The notes: generated by a model not told the origin, from the sequence alone. A stretch of DNA of 33,551 nt from Brevundimonas sp. (GCF_036399195.1 NZ_DASWNO010000175.1:1-33551); one strand, 5' to 3'; counted from the first letter of the stretch, positions 8,738-18,432 are shown. A program made the numbers and translations.

Positions 8738-9889
8738 TTATTCCGCCAGAGCCGTCTCGAACGCCCAGTCCAGCCACGGCGTCAGCGCCTCGACATCCGC
8801 CGCGTCAACCGTGCAGCCGCACCAGATGCGCAGACCCGCCGGCGCGTTGCGGTGGCTCTCGATGTCGAAGGCGGCGCCCTCGTCCTCGACCAGCCCCTTG
8901 ATCTGTTTCACCAGCGCCTGCCGTCCTGTCTCGTCCATCGCCGTGACGCGGGGGTCGACAATCTTGAGGCAAACGGAGGTTGTGGATCGCACCGCCGGAT
9001 CGTGCGCGAGATAGTCGATCCACGCCGTGCGCCGTACCCATTCGTCCAGCGCCGCCGCATTGGCCTCGGTCCGCGCGATCAGGCCCCGCAACCCGCCCTG
9101 GGCCAGACCCCACTCGACCGCGTCTAGCCAGTCCTCGATCGTCCACACCGAGAATGTGTTGATCATCGACCCCGACGCCAGCATCCGGTCGAACCCATTG
9201 GCGTCGCGCAGCCGCAGCACCTTCGGCACGCTCCTTGGCGGCTCATAGCGGTCCAGCCGCGCGATCGCCCGAGGCGACAGCGCGGCAATGCCCAGCCCGG
9301 CCTCTCCGCCCAGCGCCTTCTGGAAGCTGAAGGTCACGACATCCAGCTTCTCCCATGGCAACGCCATCGCAAAGGCCGCTGACGTCGCGTCGCAGATCAC
9401 CAACCCCTCGCGGTCCGACGCGATGAAGTCGCCACTGGGAGCACGCACCCCCGACGTCGTGCCGTTCCAGGGAAAGATCAGGTCCTTCGCCGGATCGACC
9501 CGCGACGTGTCGGGCCACTCGCCCCAAGGCGCGCTCAGCACCTCCGGCTCGAGCTTCAGATGCTCGACCGCATCCGCCGCCCACACCTTGCCGAAATTCT
9601 CGAAGGCGAGGACCTGAACCGGCCGTTCCCCCAGCATGGACCACATGGCCGCCTCGACGGCGCCGGTGTCGGACCCCGGCACATAGACCAGCGTCCAGTC
9701 GTCCGGGACCTCCAGCAGCGCCCGCGTGCGCTCCAGCCCATGCGAAAACCGCGCCACCACCTCCGGCGCCCGGATGCCGCGCCCCAGCAGGTCGTGCGGG
9801 AGGGCCTGCGACGACCAGCCCGGCCGCTTCGCCGTCGGCCCGGACGAGAACCACGGCCGCGCCGGCTTCACATTGGGCCGGTTCGCCAT
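8738..9889 (-). CDS. serC: Phosphoserine aminotransferase (alphaproteobacterial/Methanosarcina type)
   Basis: FSSGPTAKRPGW, SDTGAVE.AMWS.LG, WNGTTSGV, CDATSAAFA, TFSFQK.LGGE, GLRIWCG. ATG overlaps the upstream stop (TGATG). Confidence 0.88.
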   Translation of the reverse strand: MANRPNVKPARPWFSSGPTAKRPGWSSQALPHDLLGRGIRAPEVVARFSHGLERTRALLEVPDDWTLVYVPGSDTGAVEAAMWSMLGERPVQVLAFENFGKVWAADAVEHLKLEPEVLSAPWGEWPDTSRVDPAKDLIFPWNGTTSGVRAPSGDFIASDREGLVICDATSAAFAMALPWEKLDVVTFSFQKALGGEAGLGIAALSPRAIARLDRYEPPRSVPKVLRLRDANGFDRMLASGSMINTFSVWTIEDWLDAVEWGLAQGGLRGLIARTEANAAALDEWVRRTAWIDYLAHDPAVRSTTSVCLKIVDPRVTAMDETGRQALVKQIKGLVEDEGAAFDIESHRNAPAGLRIWCGCTVDAADVEALTPWLDWAFETALAE

Positions 9890-10827
9890 CAGTCCCGCCA
9901 CGGCTTGAAGGGGCCGACGTCCCGCAAGGTTTGCGCCAGCTTGATCAGATCAGGGGCCTCGACCTCCGGCAGCTGGATCATCACCTTGGCCAGCAGGTCG
10001 CCCCGCCGCCCGTCCATGAAGGCGCCCCGTCCCTTCAGCCTCAGCACCTTGCCGGAGTTGGTGCCCTTGGGGATGGTCATCGAGACCGTGCCCTCCGGCG
10101 TTCGCACCGGGATCTTCCCGCCCAACACCGCGTCCTCCAGCGCCACCGGCAGGTCCATCGTCAGGTCCGCGCCGTCGCGGCTGAACACCGGATGCGGCGT
10201 GATCTTCAGGGTGATCAGCGCGTCGCCGGCCTCGCTGCGGCCCGACGCTCCCGGCGCCCCCTGACCTCGCAGCCGGATCGTCTGCCCGTCAGCCGCGCCC
10301 TTCGGAATTGTGACGTCCAGCGTCCGCCCGTCCGAGAACTGAATGCGGCGCGTCGCCCCCGAGATCGAGTCCTCGAGGCTGATCTCCAGCGTCGCCTTTA
10401 CGTCCGCGCCGCGCCCCAGCCCGGCCCCGCCCGCGAAACCTCCGCGCGGTCCGGCCCGCTTGGCGCCCCCGCCGAACATGCCGCCGAACAGCTCTTCCAG
10501 GTCGATGTCCTCAACGCCGCCGGGTCGCGCGCCGCCCTGCCCGAAGGGATTTCCGCCCGGTCCCCGCCCGGGTCCGCCGCCGCCGAAGCCGCGGAACTGC
10601 TCGCGTCCGTCGGCGTCGATCTCGCCCCGGTCGAACTTGGCCCGCTTGTCCTTGTCGCCGAGCAGGTCGAACGCTGCCGTCACCCGCTTGAACCGCTCGT
10701 CGGCCTCGCGATTGCCCAGGTTCTTGTCCGGGTGCAGCTCCTTGGCGAGCTTGCGGAACGCCTTCTTGATCTCGTCGGCGCTCGCGCCCCGCGAAACGCC
10801 CAGCTCCTTGTAGGGATCGCCCGCCAC
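9889..10827 (-). CDS. DnaJ-class (CbpA-like, no zinc finger) co-chaperone
   Basis: J-domain DPY..LGV...IKKAFRKLAKELHPDKN, G/F-rich linker, DnaJ_C domain. Start GTG at 10827 (alternative 10839). Confidence 0.92.
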   Translation of the reverse strand: MAGDPYKELGVSRGASADEIKKAFRKLAKELHPDKNLGNREADERFKRVTAAFDLLGDKDKRAKFDRGEIDADGREQFRGFGGGGPGRGPGGNPFGQGGARPGGVEDIDLEELFGGMFGGGAKRAGPRGGFAGGAGLGRGADVKATLEISLEDSISGATRRIQFSDGRTLDVTIPKGAADGQTIRLRGQGAPGASGRSEAGDALITLKITPHPVFSRDGADLTMDLPVALEDAVLGGKIPVRTPEGTVSMTIPKGTNSGKVLRLKGRGAFMDGRRGDLLAKVMIQLPEVEAPDLIKLAQTLRDVGPFKPWRD

Positions 10828-10861
10828 CTGTGCATTCACTCCGGAGAAGTCAGTCCCCGTC

Positions 10862-10890
10862 AGTTAGGGCATCCCCGGGATTCCGCAAAG
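10862..10890 (-). promoter_or_regulatory. Candidate sigma32 promoter for the DnaJ-class gene
   Basis: Minus strand CTTTGC-15 nt-CCCTAACT. The spacer contains a GANTC site. Confidence 0.45.
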
Positions 10891-10916
10891 TCGGTGGCGC
10901 GAACAACATCGGCGCT

Positions 10917-13900
10917 TCAGGTGGCCAAAGCCGCGGTGGCCTCGGCGCCCCATCCAAATCCATCGCCCCACTGAGCCACGGCCACCACCACGGCCGGCCC
11001 GATCTCGAGGGGAAAGTCCGCGGTCACGTCCTCCGAAGCGTAGATCGCGCCCGGTCCGTCCACCTCCGCCGAGCGCACCTCGACGCCGTCCTCCAGCACG
11101 CGCACCCGGAACTTCAGAGCGGTCAGGGGCGCATCTTCCCCATCCCACCGGTCGCCGCCGACGCGCAGGCGCGGAATCCAGCCGATATCAAACCCGCCAT
11201 CGTCCCGCGCCTCCACCCTCAGATGCGCCGGCGACCACGGCCGGTCATGCACCCCGGTCAGCTCGAACGTCGTCTCGCTGACACCGGCCCCGCCCGCCGG
11301 CCCGCCCGCCGGTCCCGCCCGCCAGACCAGCGGCAGACCCCGTTCGGCGCCGGAGCAATCCGCTCGCGGCGGCCTCGCGTCCAGCAGCACCACCAAGGCG
11401 CCCACCCCCGCGCCCGTCCGCATCGCCGCCTCCGTCCCCTGCTGGCCCCGCAGCAGACCCGACAGCCGCCAGACACCCTCCCCGATCAGCTCCGCTGTCC
11501 GGAACTGCGCCAGCTCCCAGCCCTGCTCCGTCTCGATGGCGACCGCGTTCGCGCCAGCCAGCACCGCCGCCGTGCCGCGGCTCTCCGGCGCCCGCCCCTC
11601 GACCCGCACCAGCAGCCCGCCCGCCTCGTCCCAGCGATGCCGCGCACCAGCCACCACCGGCTCGACCAGCACGCCGACCGTCGCCGGCTGAGCCGCCACC
11701 CTACGAAGGGTCATCGACAGAGCATCGGGCCCGGCGAAGACGCTCATGCTCCGCCACGGCTCCGCGGCCACCACCGCCAGGGGCCGACTGTCTTCCTCGC
11801 CGCCTACCAGCGGCGGCAGCTCGATCATGCGGAACAGCGGCGCTCCAACGATGGCGGCCGCCTCTCCGGCCCTGGGCGCGGAGTCGTCCTCTCCCGGCTC
11901 GATCGACGACACCCGCTCCAGCACCGCCGTGGGCGTCTCCTCCAGATCGACTCGGGCAACGCGCCAGCTGCCGCTCCGCCCCTCCACCGTCACGCCGTCG
12001 CCGGGCTCCAGCCTCAGCGCCTCCAGCGGCCCCAGCGACGCCGTCAGTCGCTCCGTCAGCCCCGTCTCCAGCGCCCGCGCCGCCGCCGTGCGCGCCAGCG
12101 CCATGGAACAGACCGCCGGGAGGTCCAGATCGACTCCGCCGCCCTCGCCCGCCGATCGCGCGACCGCGGACCCTGTCTGATAATCCGTGTCGCCGTCGAT
12201 GAAGCGCACCCGGGCCGCGCCGGGCGCAGGCTCCAGCGCCCGCTCCGCCCGCAGCCGCTCGCCTTCGTCAGGCAGCGCCAACCGATCCAGCGAAAGCTCC
12301 AGCGCGGCCGGCCCCTCCGCCAGCACCGCCACCTTCCCCTGCCGCTCCGCCGCGATCAGCCCCAGCCCCGCCAGCAGCGGCTCCAACGCGTCCCGCGTCC
12401 GCATGGGCCGATCGACGACATAGCCCTGCACCTCCGCCCGGCCCGCCTCGACGCTGAACTCGCTCTCCTCCAGCCCGCCCCGGCGCAGCAAGGCCGCGAT
12501 CAGGTCGCGCGTGTCTCCGCCCAGCCGCCCGTTCAGCCAGTGCCCGGTGCGCCACGCGCCGGCGTCCGCCCACACGTCCGACCGGCCTGGAAACGCCGGC
12601 CATGGCCGCGCGTCCCAGCACCAGGCGTCGGCCCCGTCCAGCATTGGCCCGCCATAGACCCCCGACACGGGATTGTTCTGGCCCTGCGCGAAATGCTCCA
12701 GCAGCGCCTCGAGCGCCCGCCTCTGCATCCGATCGTCGCGCGTCCCTTCCGACGCGGGCGGCAGGGCGCTCTCCGCGCTCTTCGGGTCCTGAAACAGGTT
12801 CGGCGCATTGCCGCCCCGGTCCACGGCCGCGCAGCCGAACTCGGTCAGCCGGATCGGCTTCATCTCCGGAACCCAGGCCGTCGGCGTGGCGCTGCGCGCG
12901 CCGCCCGGCCGGTCGTGATGGGCGTGGCTCCACCAGCCCTTCAGATCCTTCGGCCGGAACAGCCAGTGCTCGCCATTCGCCGTGTCGGCGATGACCGTCC
13001 GCACCTGCGCCGCCCGGTCCGCATCCGAGGCGTAGAACCAGTCAAACCCCTCGCCCCCCGCCACCTGCGCCGCCAGATACGCCGGATCGTCCGGTCCCGC
13101 GAACGCCGCCGCATCCACGCCGCCGCTCCCGCCGCGCCAGTCGCCCAGCGGCGGATACCAGTCGATGCCGACGTGATCGATGCTCGGATCCGCCCATAGC
13201 GGATCGAGATGAAAGATCGCGTCCGCCCCGTCGTGCCGCCCGAAATACTCCGACCAGTCCGCCGCGTAGCTGATCGCCACGTGCGGTCCGACGACTGCCC
13301 GACACTCCTCCGCCAGCGTCCGCAATGCCTCCACAGCCGGAAAGCCGCCCGCTCCGTCCCGCGTCCAGGTCAGCCCGCGCATCTCGGAGCCGATCAGCAG
13401 CCCGTCCGCCCCGGTCTCCTGCGCCAGCGCCGCATAGTGCAGCGCCAGCCGCCTCAAACCCCATCCGTCGGCAGAGCCGAACGCCGCCGCCACGTCCCCC
13501 GCGGCGTCGACGCCATCGCGGCCCTTCACCCGACCCCGCCACGGATAAGCCGCCTGCTCCGCCCCGCCATACGGATCAGCCAGCCCATTCCCCGGTGCGA
13601 TGTCCATGAACACGAACGGATAGAGCGTGACCTCCAGCCCCCGCGCCTTCAGCTCCGCCACCGCCTGACGGACGCTGTCGTCCGAGGGCGTGCCCCCATA
13701 GGCCGGGCCGCCTCCGGACTGGCTGATCAGGTGCGCCTCCGCCCGCCCCAGTCCCGCGACCGACCAGCTCAGCGGCTCCGTCGCCTTGTCCCGCCGCTCC
13801 ACGCCCGGACGGACGGTGCAGTGCCCCGCCCTGAGGTCCGAGCCGAACCAGCCGATCACGAGGCTGACACGCTTCAGCGCCGGCGCCTGCGCGATCAACT

Positions 13901-14645
13901 GGTCCAGCGATACGGCCAGATCGGTCAGTCCGGCGCCGCCGTGCACGTTCTCCGCCGTCGTGCGCGTCAGCCCGTCCCGACGCAGCACCGCCACGCTCGC
14001 CAGCACGAACTCGCCCGCGCCTGGGATCAGGCACACGCCCTCCAGGCGGTCCTCAAGCCGCGGCTCCGCTCCGCCCGCGCGGCGAAACACCTCGAACGCC
14101 AGATGGGGCGGACGATTGCCGTACGGACCCAGCGGCAAATCCTCGAACACGACATAGGCCGTTCCCCGATACGCCGGAGCCGTCGCCTCGACCGCCTCGA
14201 TCAGCGGGTCCGGCGTCTGCTCCGCCCCGCCCCGGTGCACCCGCATTGTCACGCCCGACAAATCCATCGGCCGCCCGTCGGCCCATACGCGGCCGACACC
14301 GTCGATCTCGCCCTCGCACAGCGCCACGGCGAAGCTCAGCGAATAGTCGTACTCGACCGTCCGCGGCCCGCCCTTGCTCCCGGCCGAGGTCTTGCGCCCC
14401 TCCAGGAACCGGGCCGCCCAGATGATCTGGCCCGTCACCCGCGCCCGGCCGAATACGCATGGCGTCGGCGCGCCCTCGGCCGTCCCCTGCACCTTCAGGG
14501 TGTCCAGCCGGGGCCCTCTCTGCCGCGCCGGCTCCAGCCCGGCAACGACCCGCTGGTCGATCGCCCGACCCAGGGTCGAGCCGACTGCCGCGCCGATGGG
14601 ACCGCCGACCGCCTGGCCGACGCTGCTCAGGACGACCTGCGCCAT
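10917..14645 (-). CDS. GTA baseplate multidomain protein 'megatron' (g15)
   Basis: 1242 aa. YSLSFAVALCEGEI, APAYRGTAYVVFE, TIM-barrel GSEMRGLT/YAADWSEY/GIDWYPPL, KPI.LTEFGC.AVD.G.N.PN.F.DPKS.ES, GHWLNGRLG, LLRGQ.GTE. Confidence 0.93.
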   Translation of the reverse strand: MAQVVLSSVGQAVGGPIGAAVGSTLGRAIDQRVVAGLEPARQRGPRLDTLKVQGTAEGAPTPCVFGRARVTGQIIWAARFLEGRKTSAGSKGGPRTVEYDYSLSFAVALCEGEIDGVGRVWADGRPMDLSGVTMRVHRGGAEQTPDPLIEAVEATAPAYRGTAYVVFEDLPLGPYGNRPPHLAFEVFRRAGGAEPRLEDRLEGVCLIPGAGEFVLASVAVLRRDGLTRTTAENVHGGAGLTDLAVSLDQLIAQAPALKRVSLVIGWFGSDLRAGHCTVRPGVERRDKATEPLSWSVAGLGRAEAHLISQSGGGPAYGGTPSDDSVRQAVAELKARGLEVTLYPFVFMDIAPGNGLADPYGGAEQAAYPWRGRVKGRDGVDAAGDVAAAFGSADGWGLRRLALHYAALAQETGADGLLIGSEMRGLTWTRDGAGGFPAVEALRTLAEECRAVVGPHVAISYAADWSEYFGRHDGADAIFHLDPLWADPSIDHVGIDWYPPLGDWRGGSGGVDAAAFAGPDDPAYLAAQVAGGEGFDWFYASDADRAAQVRTVIADTANGEHWLFRPKDLKGWWSHAHHDRPGGARSATPTAWVPEMKPIRLTEFGCAAVDRGGNAPNLFQDPKSAESALPPASEGTRDDRMQRRALEALLEHFAQGQNNPVSGVYGGPMLDGADAWCWDARPWPAFPGRSDVWADAGAWRTGHWLNGRLGGDTRDLIAALLRRGGLEESEFSVEAGRAEVQGYVVDRPMRTRDALEPLLAGLGLIAAERQGKVAVLAEGPAALELSLDRLALPDEGERLRAERALEPAPGAARVRFIDGDTDYQTGSAVARSAGEGGGVDLDLPAVCSMALARTAAARALETGLTERLTASLGPLEALRLEPGDGVTVEGRSGSWRVARVDLEETPTAVLERVSSIEPGEDDSAPRAGEAAAIVGAPLFRMIELPPLVGGEEDSRPLAVVAAEPWRSMSVFAGPDALSMTLRRVAAQPATVGVLVEPVVAGARHRWDEAGGLLVRVEGRAPESRGTAAVLAGANAVAIETEQGWELAQFRTAELIGEGVWRLSGLLRGQQGTEAAMRTGAGVGALVVLLDARPPRADCSGAERGLPLVWRAGPAGGPAGGAGVSETTFELTGVHDRPWSPAHLRVEARDDGGFDIGWIPRLRVGGDRWDGEDAPLTALKFRVRVLEDGVEVRSAEVDGPGAIYASEDVTADFPLEIGPAVVVAVAQWGDGFGWGAEATAALAT

Positions 14646-14649
14646 TCCG

Positions 14650-15105
14650 CTACCCCTCCGATCCTCTCGGACCCGCGCTCGGCCAGGCGAACGCCGCCGC
14701 CAACCGCCGGCGCCACCACGGCCCCATCCAGCTCTCGACCACGGCCCGGCCCCAGTAGGCGTGGATCATCCGTGGCTCGGCCCCGGCCAAGTCCGTCAGG
14801 ATGGCGCAGTGCTTGATCGGGCTGCCGGGGGCCATGCGGAACAGCACCACATCCCCCAGCCCGGCGCGCGACAGCGGGATCTCCACCAGCCACCGCCGCG
14901 CCGCCTGCAGCAGCGTCTCCTCCCCGCCGACCTCGGCCCAGTCCGCCGCATAACCGGGAACCGCTTCCGGCTCAGCGCCGAGCAGCTCCCGCCAGACCCC
15001 GCGCACCAGCCCGAGACAGTCCGCGCCCTCGCCCTTGACGCTGGCTTGATGTCGGTAGGGCGTGCCGAGCCAGGCCCGGGCGGCGATTGCCGCCGCCACG
15101 CTCAT
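14650..15105 (-). CDS. GTA NlpC/P60 cell-wall peptidase (g14)
   Basis: AR.WLGTPYRHQAS.KG.GADCLGLVRGVWREL, KHCAI, MIHAY. ATG overlaps the hub stop. Confidence 0.92.
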   Translation of the reverse strand: MSVAAAIAARAWLGTPYRHQASVKGEGADCLGLVRGVWRELLGAEPEAVPGYAADWAEVGGEETLLQAARRWLVEIPLSRAGLGDVVLFRMAPGSPIKHCAILTDLAGAEPRMIHAYWGRAVVESWMGPWWRRRLAAAFAWPSAGPRGSEG

Positions 15106-15755
15106 CGCCGGCTCCGCCCGTCGTTCCGCCCGCCCTCGATCGGCGCCGCGGTCAGGAAGTCGTCGCCGGGGATGTCGGGAAAGCCCTGGAAGTTGATCCC
15201 GTTGGCGAAGGTCCCGATGCAGGTCTCCCAACGCTTGTCGCAATCCGCCCCGGGGATCGCGCCGAGATCGACCCGACACCGACCGTCGCCCAGGATCGCG
15301 TCGCAGGACCGGCCATAGGTCCGCCCCACCACCCGCTCCAGGCGCGCCAACGGCCCTTCCAGCTCAGCCGTGAACCCGCCGCCCTCGCGCCGAATACGCG
15401 TCATGGTCGCCGTCCACAGCCGTACCCGCAGGTCGAGCCGCGCCCAGTCCACGCGCCACAGCGCCACCGCCGCCCCGTCGTACAGGCCCGCCTCGACGTC
15501 GCTGTCGGCGATGCCGTCGTCGTCAAGCCCGCCCGCCGCGGCCGCAGACCCCGCGCTCAGTCCCACGGCGGTGTCCGCAGCGCCCGCGACCCACCCGCTC
15601 GCCGCTCGGCACGTCACGCCGTCCAGCGTCAGATCGCGGTCGTGATCGGTGAAGCCCAGAACCGCGCCGTCAGCCCGCGTCAGCATCCACACATGGCACA
15701 GTGTCGCCGCGCCGCTCTCGATGCGCGCGGCCAGTTCCTCCGGAACGTCTCTCAT
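15102..15755 (-). CDS. GTA baseplate hub (DUF2163, g13)
   Basis: TLC..W.LTR.DG..LGFTDHDRDL, CDA.LGD.RC, CDKRW.TC...F.N..NFQGFP.IPGDD. Confidence 0.9.
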   Translation of the reverse strand: MRDVPEELAARIESGAATLCHVWMLTRADGAVLGFTDHDRDLTLDGVTCRAASGWVAGAADTAVGLSAGSAAAAGGLDDDGIADSDVEAGLYDGAAVALWRVDWARLDLRVRLWTATMTRIRREGGGFTAELEGPLARLERVVGRTYGRSCDAILGDGRCRVDLGAIPGADCDKRWETCIGTFANGINFQGFPDIPGDDFLTAAPIEGGRNDGRSRR

Positions 15756-15758
15756 GGC

Positions 15759-16388
15759 TCAGATCCGCACTTCAATCAGCGGCGCCGCGGCCATCCGCCC
15801 TGCGTCGAAGCTCTCCAGCGTCACCTCGAGCCGGTCGGTGTCGAACCGCACCGGCACGTCGTACTCAAAGCCCGCCGTCACCACGGCCCCGACCGCCGGC
15901 CCCGTCGCCAGCGTGACGAGGCCGGTCGCCGTGTCCACGTCGAACGCCGGCGCAGCCAACTCATCGCCGTCGACCGCGATCCGCACCGAGCCGGCGACCG
16001 GCTTGGCGATGCGCCGTTCCACCGCCTCCGCACCGTCGCCATGGCGCTTCACCAACTGGAACACCGTGCGGCTTCCGTCGCCCTCGCCCAACAGCTGATC
16101 GGTTGGATCGACCCCGTCCGCCGGCGCGCATGACTTGAAGTCGGCGAAGTCGCGAAAACGGAACCCGCGCAGCCGTCCCCTGCGCGCCTCGAAGAAATCC
16201 GTCAGCGCCGCCATGTCGTTCAGCGACCTCAGGTTCGCGCCGATCAGGTATCGACGACGCCCCTGCGCCCACGGAGTCGAACGCCGCTCGAAGCCGGAGC
16301 CCAAGGTGACGATCTCGGTCCGCCGCTCCACCCCGCCCGTCGACCCGAACGCCAGCCGCGCCGGAAGCCTCACCTCGTCGAAGGCCAT
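15759..16388 (-). CDS. GTA distal tail protein (DUF2460, g12)
   Basis: MAFDEVRLP..LAFGSTGG.ERRTEIVTL.SGFERR, FFEARRGRLRGFRFRD, TAGFEYDVPVRFDTD. Confidence 0.92.
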   Translation of the reverse strand: MAFDEVRLPARLAFGSTGGVERRTEIVTLGSGFERRSTPWAQGRRRYLIGANLRSLNDMAALTDFFEARRGRLRGFRFRDFADFKSCAPADGVDPTDQLLGEGDGSRTVFQLVKRHGDGAEAVERRIAKPVAGSVRIAVDGDELAAPAFDVDTATGLVTLATGPAVGAVVTAGFEYDVPVRFDTDRLEVTLESFDAGRMAAAPLIEVRI

Positions 16389-16494
16389 CCGTTCTCTCCT
16401 CCGGATTCGTGCGCCGACGCCCGCTTGTGGACCGAACGGGGTTCGTTCATCCTTCCCCGTGGACGGTTGTCCAGAGCACCGGGGAGGGCGCGCT

Positions 16495-16980
16495 ATGAGC
16501 TACGAAACGTCATCGCAAATTCAGGGCTTCGACTGGCAGAAGCTGTTGTTTTCGTTCGAGGGCCGCACCCGGCGCTCGCACTTCTGGATCGGCTGGCTGA
16601 TCTGTCTGGGAATCGGGGTCGTCACCGGTTGGATTCCGCTGCTCGGCAGCCTGATCTCCCTGCTGCTGATCTGGCCCAACCTCGCGATCACCGTCAAACG
16701 CCTCCACGACATGGGCAAGACCGGCTGGTTCGCCGCCATTCCCTGGGCCGTGACCATCGTCGGCGTCTGCGTCGCCATCGGCATGGTGGGCGTCAGCGCC
16801 CTGACCAACTCGGCTGCGCTGGAGCGCGAGGATCCGTTTGCAATCTTCGCCCTTATCGGACCTGCGTTCGGCGCTTTCGCGCTCGTGATGCTGGTCAACC
16901 TCGGCTTCCTGATCTGGATCGGGGCGACCGACAGCCAGCCCGGCGACAACCGCTTCGGACCGAACCCCAAGAGCTTCTGA
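16495..16980 (+). CDS. DUF805 (YhaH-like) inner membrane protein
   Basis: FSFEGRTRRSHFW, LAITVKRLHDMGKTGW, SQPGDNRFGPNP. RBS GGGAGG before ATG 16495. Confidence 0.9.
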   Translation: MSYETSSQIQGFDWQKLLFSFEGRTRRSHFWIGWLICLGIGVVTGWIPLLGSLISLLLIWPNLAITVKRLHDMGKTGWFAAIPWAVTIVGVCVAIGMVGVSALTNSAALEREDPFAIFALIGPAFGAFALVMLVNLGFLIWIGATDSQPGDNRFGPNPKSF

Positions 16981-16992
16981 ACCCGATCAGTC

Positions 16993-17523
16993 TCACAGCT
17001 TGCGCGCGCCCAGTGCGACGGCGCGCGCAAGCATCTGGCTGATCTGCGCCTCCGAGCGCAGCAGACCGTTCGAGCCGCCGTCCATGCGGATGTTCACGGT
17101 CACGCCGCCGCCGCCATGCGGCTCGACCGAGCCGGCGCTTGCCGGCCTGAACACCTCGGGTCCGCGCTCGCCCACCAGATAGGCGCCGCCGCCGCTGACC
17201 GGTCCCCCGTCAGCCCGCGAGCCTGAAAACACCGTCTTCACCGCCTGCGCGATCGCCTCGGACAACCCGCCCCCGCCGCTCGCGCCCGAGGTCGCGCCGA
17301 CCGCCGCCAGCATGGCGCGGGCCAGCTCGGCCAGCGTCACCTCGCCGTCCGCCGCCGCGCGTGTCAACGAACGGGTCAGGCTGTCGCCCGCCCGCGCGAA
17401 AGCATCCTGGATCGACGCCGCGGCCCGCTCCGCCGGCTCCCGCAAACCCTCCAGCGCCGCCGCGGCCTCCGCCGCCTTCAAGGGCACGGCGTCCAGCCCC
17501 TTCGGCTCGAACGAGTCAGTCAT
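16993..17523 (-). CDS. GTA tail tape measure protein (g11)
   Basis: Ala-rich helical N-terminus, RADGGPV..G..YLVGERGPE.F.P, RSEAQI.QMLARAV. Position in cluster fits. Confidence 0.88.
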   Translation of the reverse strand: MTDSFEPKGLDAVPLKAAEAAAALEGLREPAERAAASIQDAFARAGDSLTRSLTRAAADGEVTLAELARAMLAAVGATSGASGGGGLSEAIAQAVKTVFSGSRADGGPVSGGGAYLVGERGPEVFRPASAGSVEPHGGGGVTVNIRMDGGSNGLLRSEAQISQMLARAVALGARKL

Positions 17524-17701
17524 CCGGCCACATCTCCGTCATCCCCGTCAGCGCCGCCCGGCTGATCGGCGCGTTGACGCGCGCGTCCTCCGTCAGCATC
17601 CGCCACTCCGCCAGCGACAGTCGCCAGAACGCCGCCGGCGTGATCCCCAGCAGCGCCGCAGTGCGGATCATCGCGCCCCACGGGCTCGCGTCCTTTGTCA
17701 C
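17516..17701 (-). CDS. GTA tail assembly chaperone (g10.1-like)
   Basis: W..M.R.AA.LG..PAAFWRLSL.EW motif and C-terminal WPD. Confidence 0.8.
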   Translation of the reverse strand: MTKDASPWGAMIRTAALLGITPAAFWRLSLAEWRMLTEDARVNAPISRAALTGMTEMWPDD

Positions 17702-18012
17702 GCTCCCGCCGCTCCGGCCGAAGCGGAGAACGCCCGGGCCGCTGCGTTCGCCGCTTCTCTTGGATCGATCGCCGCCGCCTCCAGCGCGCCGGCCAGTTCG
17801 CCTTCCCCGCCCCCGCGCAGGAGCGCCGTCAGCACCACGACCAGATCCGCCGCCGACACCGCCTGCATGCGCCCCGCCAGTTCACTCACCGACGTCAGCC
17901 CCAGCCCCGCCTCGATCTCGGCCAGGGCGCCCAGGGTCAGGCATAGCGTCCGCTCAGCCCCGGCCAGCACGACCGTGACCTCGCCCCGCGCGCCGTTGCA
18001 CCTCGCCGTCAT
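17698..18012 (-). CDS. GTA gp10 tail assembly chaperone
   Basis: NGARGEV...L.G..R.LCLTLGALAEIE. Confidence 0.87.
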   Translation of the reverse strand: MTARCNGARGEVTVVLAGAERTLCLTLGALAEIEAGLGLTSVSELAGRMQAVSAADLVVVLTALLRGGGEGELAGALEAAAIDPREAANAAARAFSASAGAAGA

Positions 18013-18021
18013 CGCGATCGC

Positions 18022-18432
18022 CTAGAGCGCCGCGAAGGCGATCTCGCCCGCGCTGGCCAGGCTGATGGCGAAGGTCGCCTCGCCCTCGTGCTCGCCGCCG
18101 TACTCCAGCGCGGCGACTAGGAACGGTCCCTCCAGCGTGCCGAATTCCGGCACGATCAACCGCCAGTTTCGCGCGCCCTGATCGAAGAAGGCTTCCCGGA
18201 TCAGCGCGTCCGAGGCGGCGTCGCGGAAAATCCCCTGTCCCGCCACGGCCGCGGACTTCACGCCCGCCCCGCTCAGAAGCTCGCGCCACCGACCTGCGCT
18301 GTCGCCGTCCGTCGCGTCCACCGTCCGCGCATTCAGGCTGATGGTCCGCGCCCGAAGGCCGGCCACGGTGGTGAAGACTCCCGTCGCGCCCTCGATCTTC
18401 AGCAGGATGTCCCTGCCGCGTTGCGCCGTCAT
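18022..18432 (-). CDS. GTA major tail tube protein (TP901-1 family, g9)
   Basis: MTAQRGRDILLK, TVAGLRARTISLNA.TVDAT..DS.GRWRELL.GAGVKSA, GEATF.ISLASAG. Confidence 0.92.
   Translation of the reverse strand: MTAQRGRDILLKIEGATGVFTTVAGLRARTISLNARTVDATDGDSAGRWRELLSGAGVKSAAVAGQGIFRDAASDALIREAFFDQGARNWRLIVPEFGTLEGPFLVAALEYGGEHEGEATFAISLASAGEIAFAAL

Noticed and set aside
10830-14816. Long plus-strand ORFs (789 aa, 535 aa) opposite megatron
   Set aside because: Arg/Pro-rich shadow frames with no motifs, expected opposite real genes at high GC.
17690-17730. Programmed -1 frameshift between the tail chaperones
   Set aside because: No XXXYYYZ slippery heptamer seen near the gp10 end. A GTGA start/stop overlap explains the coupling.
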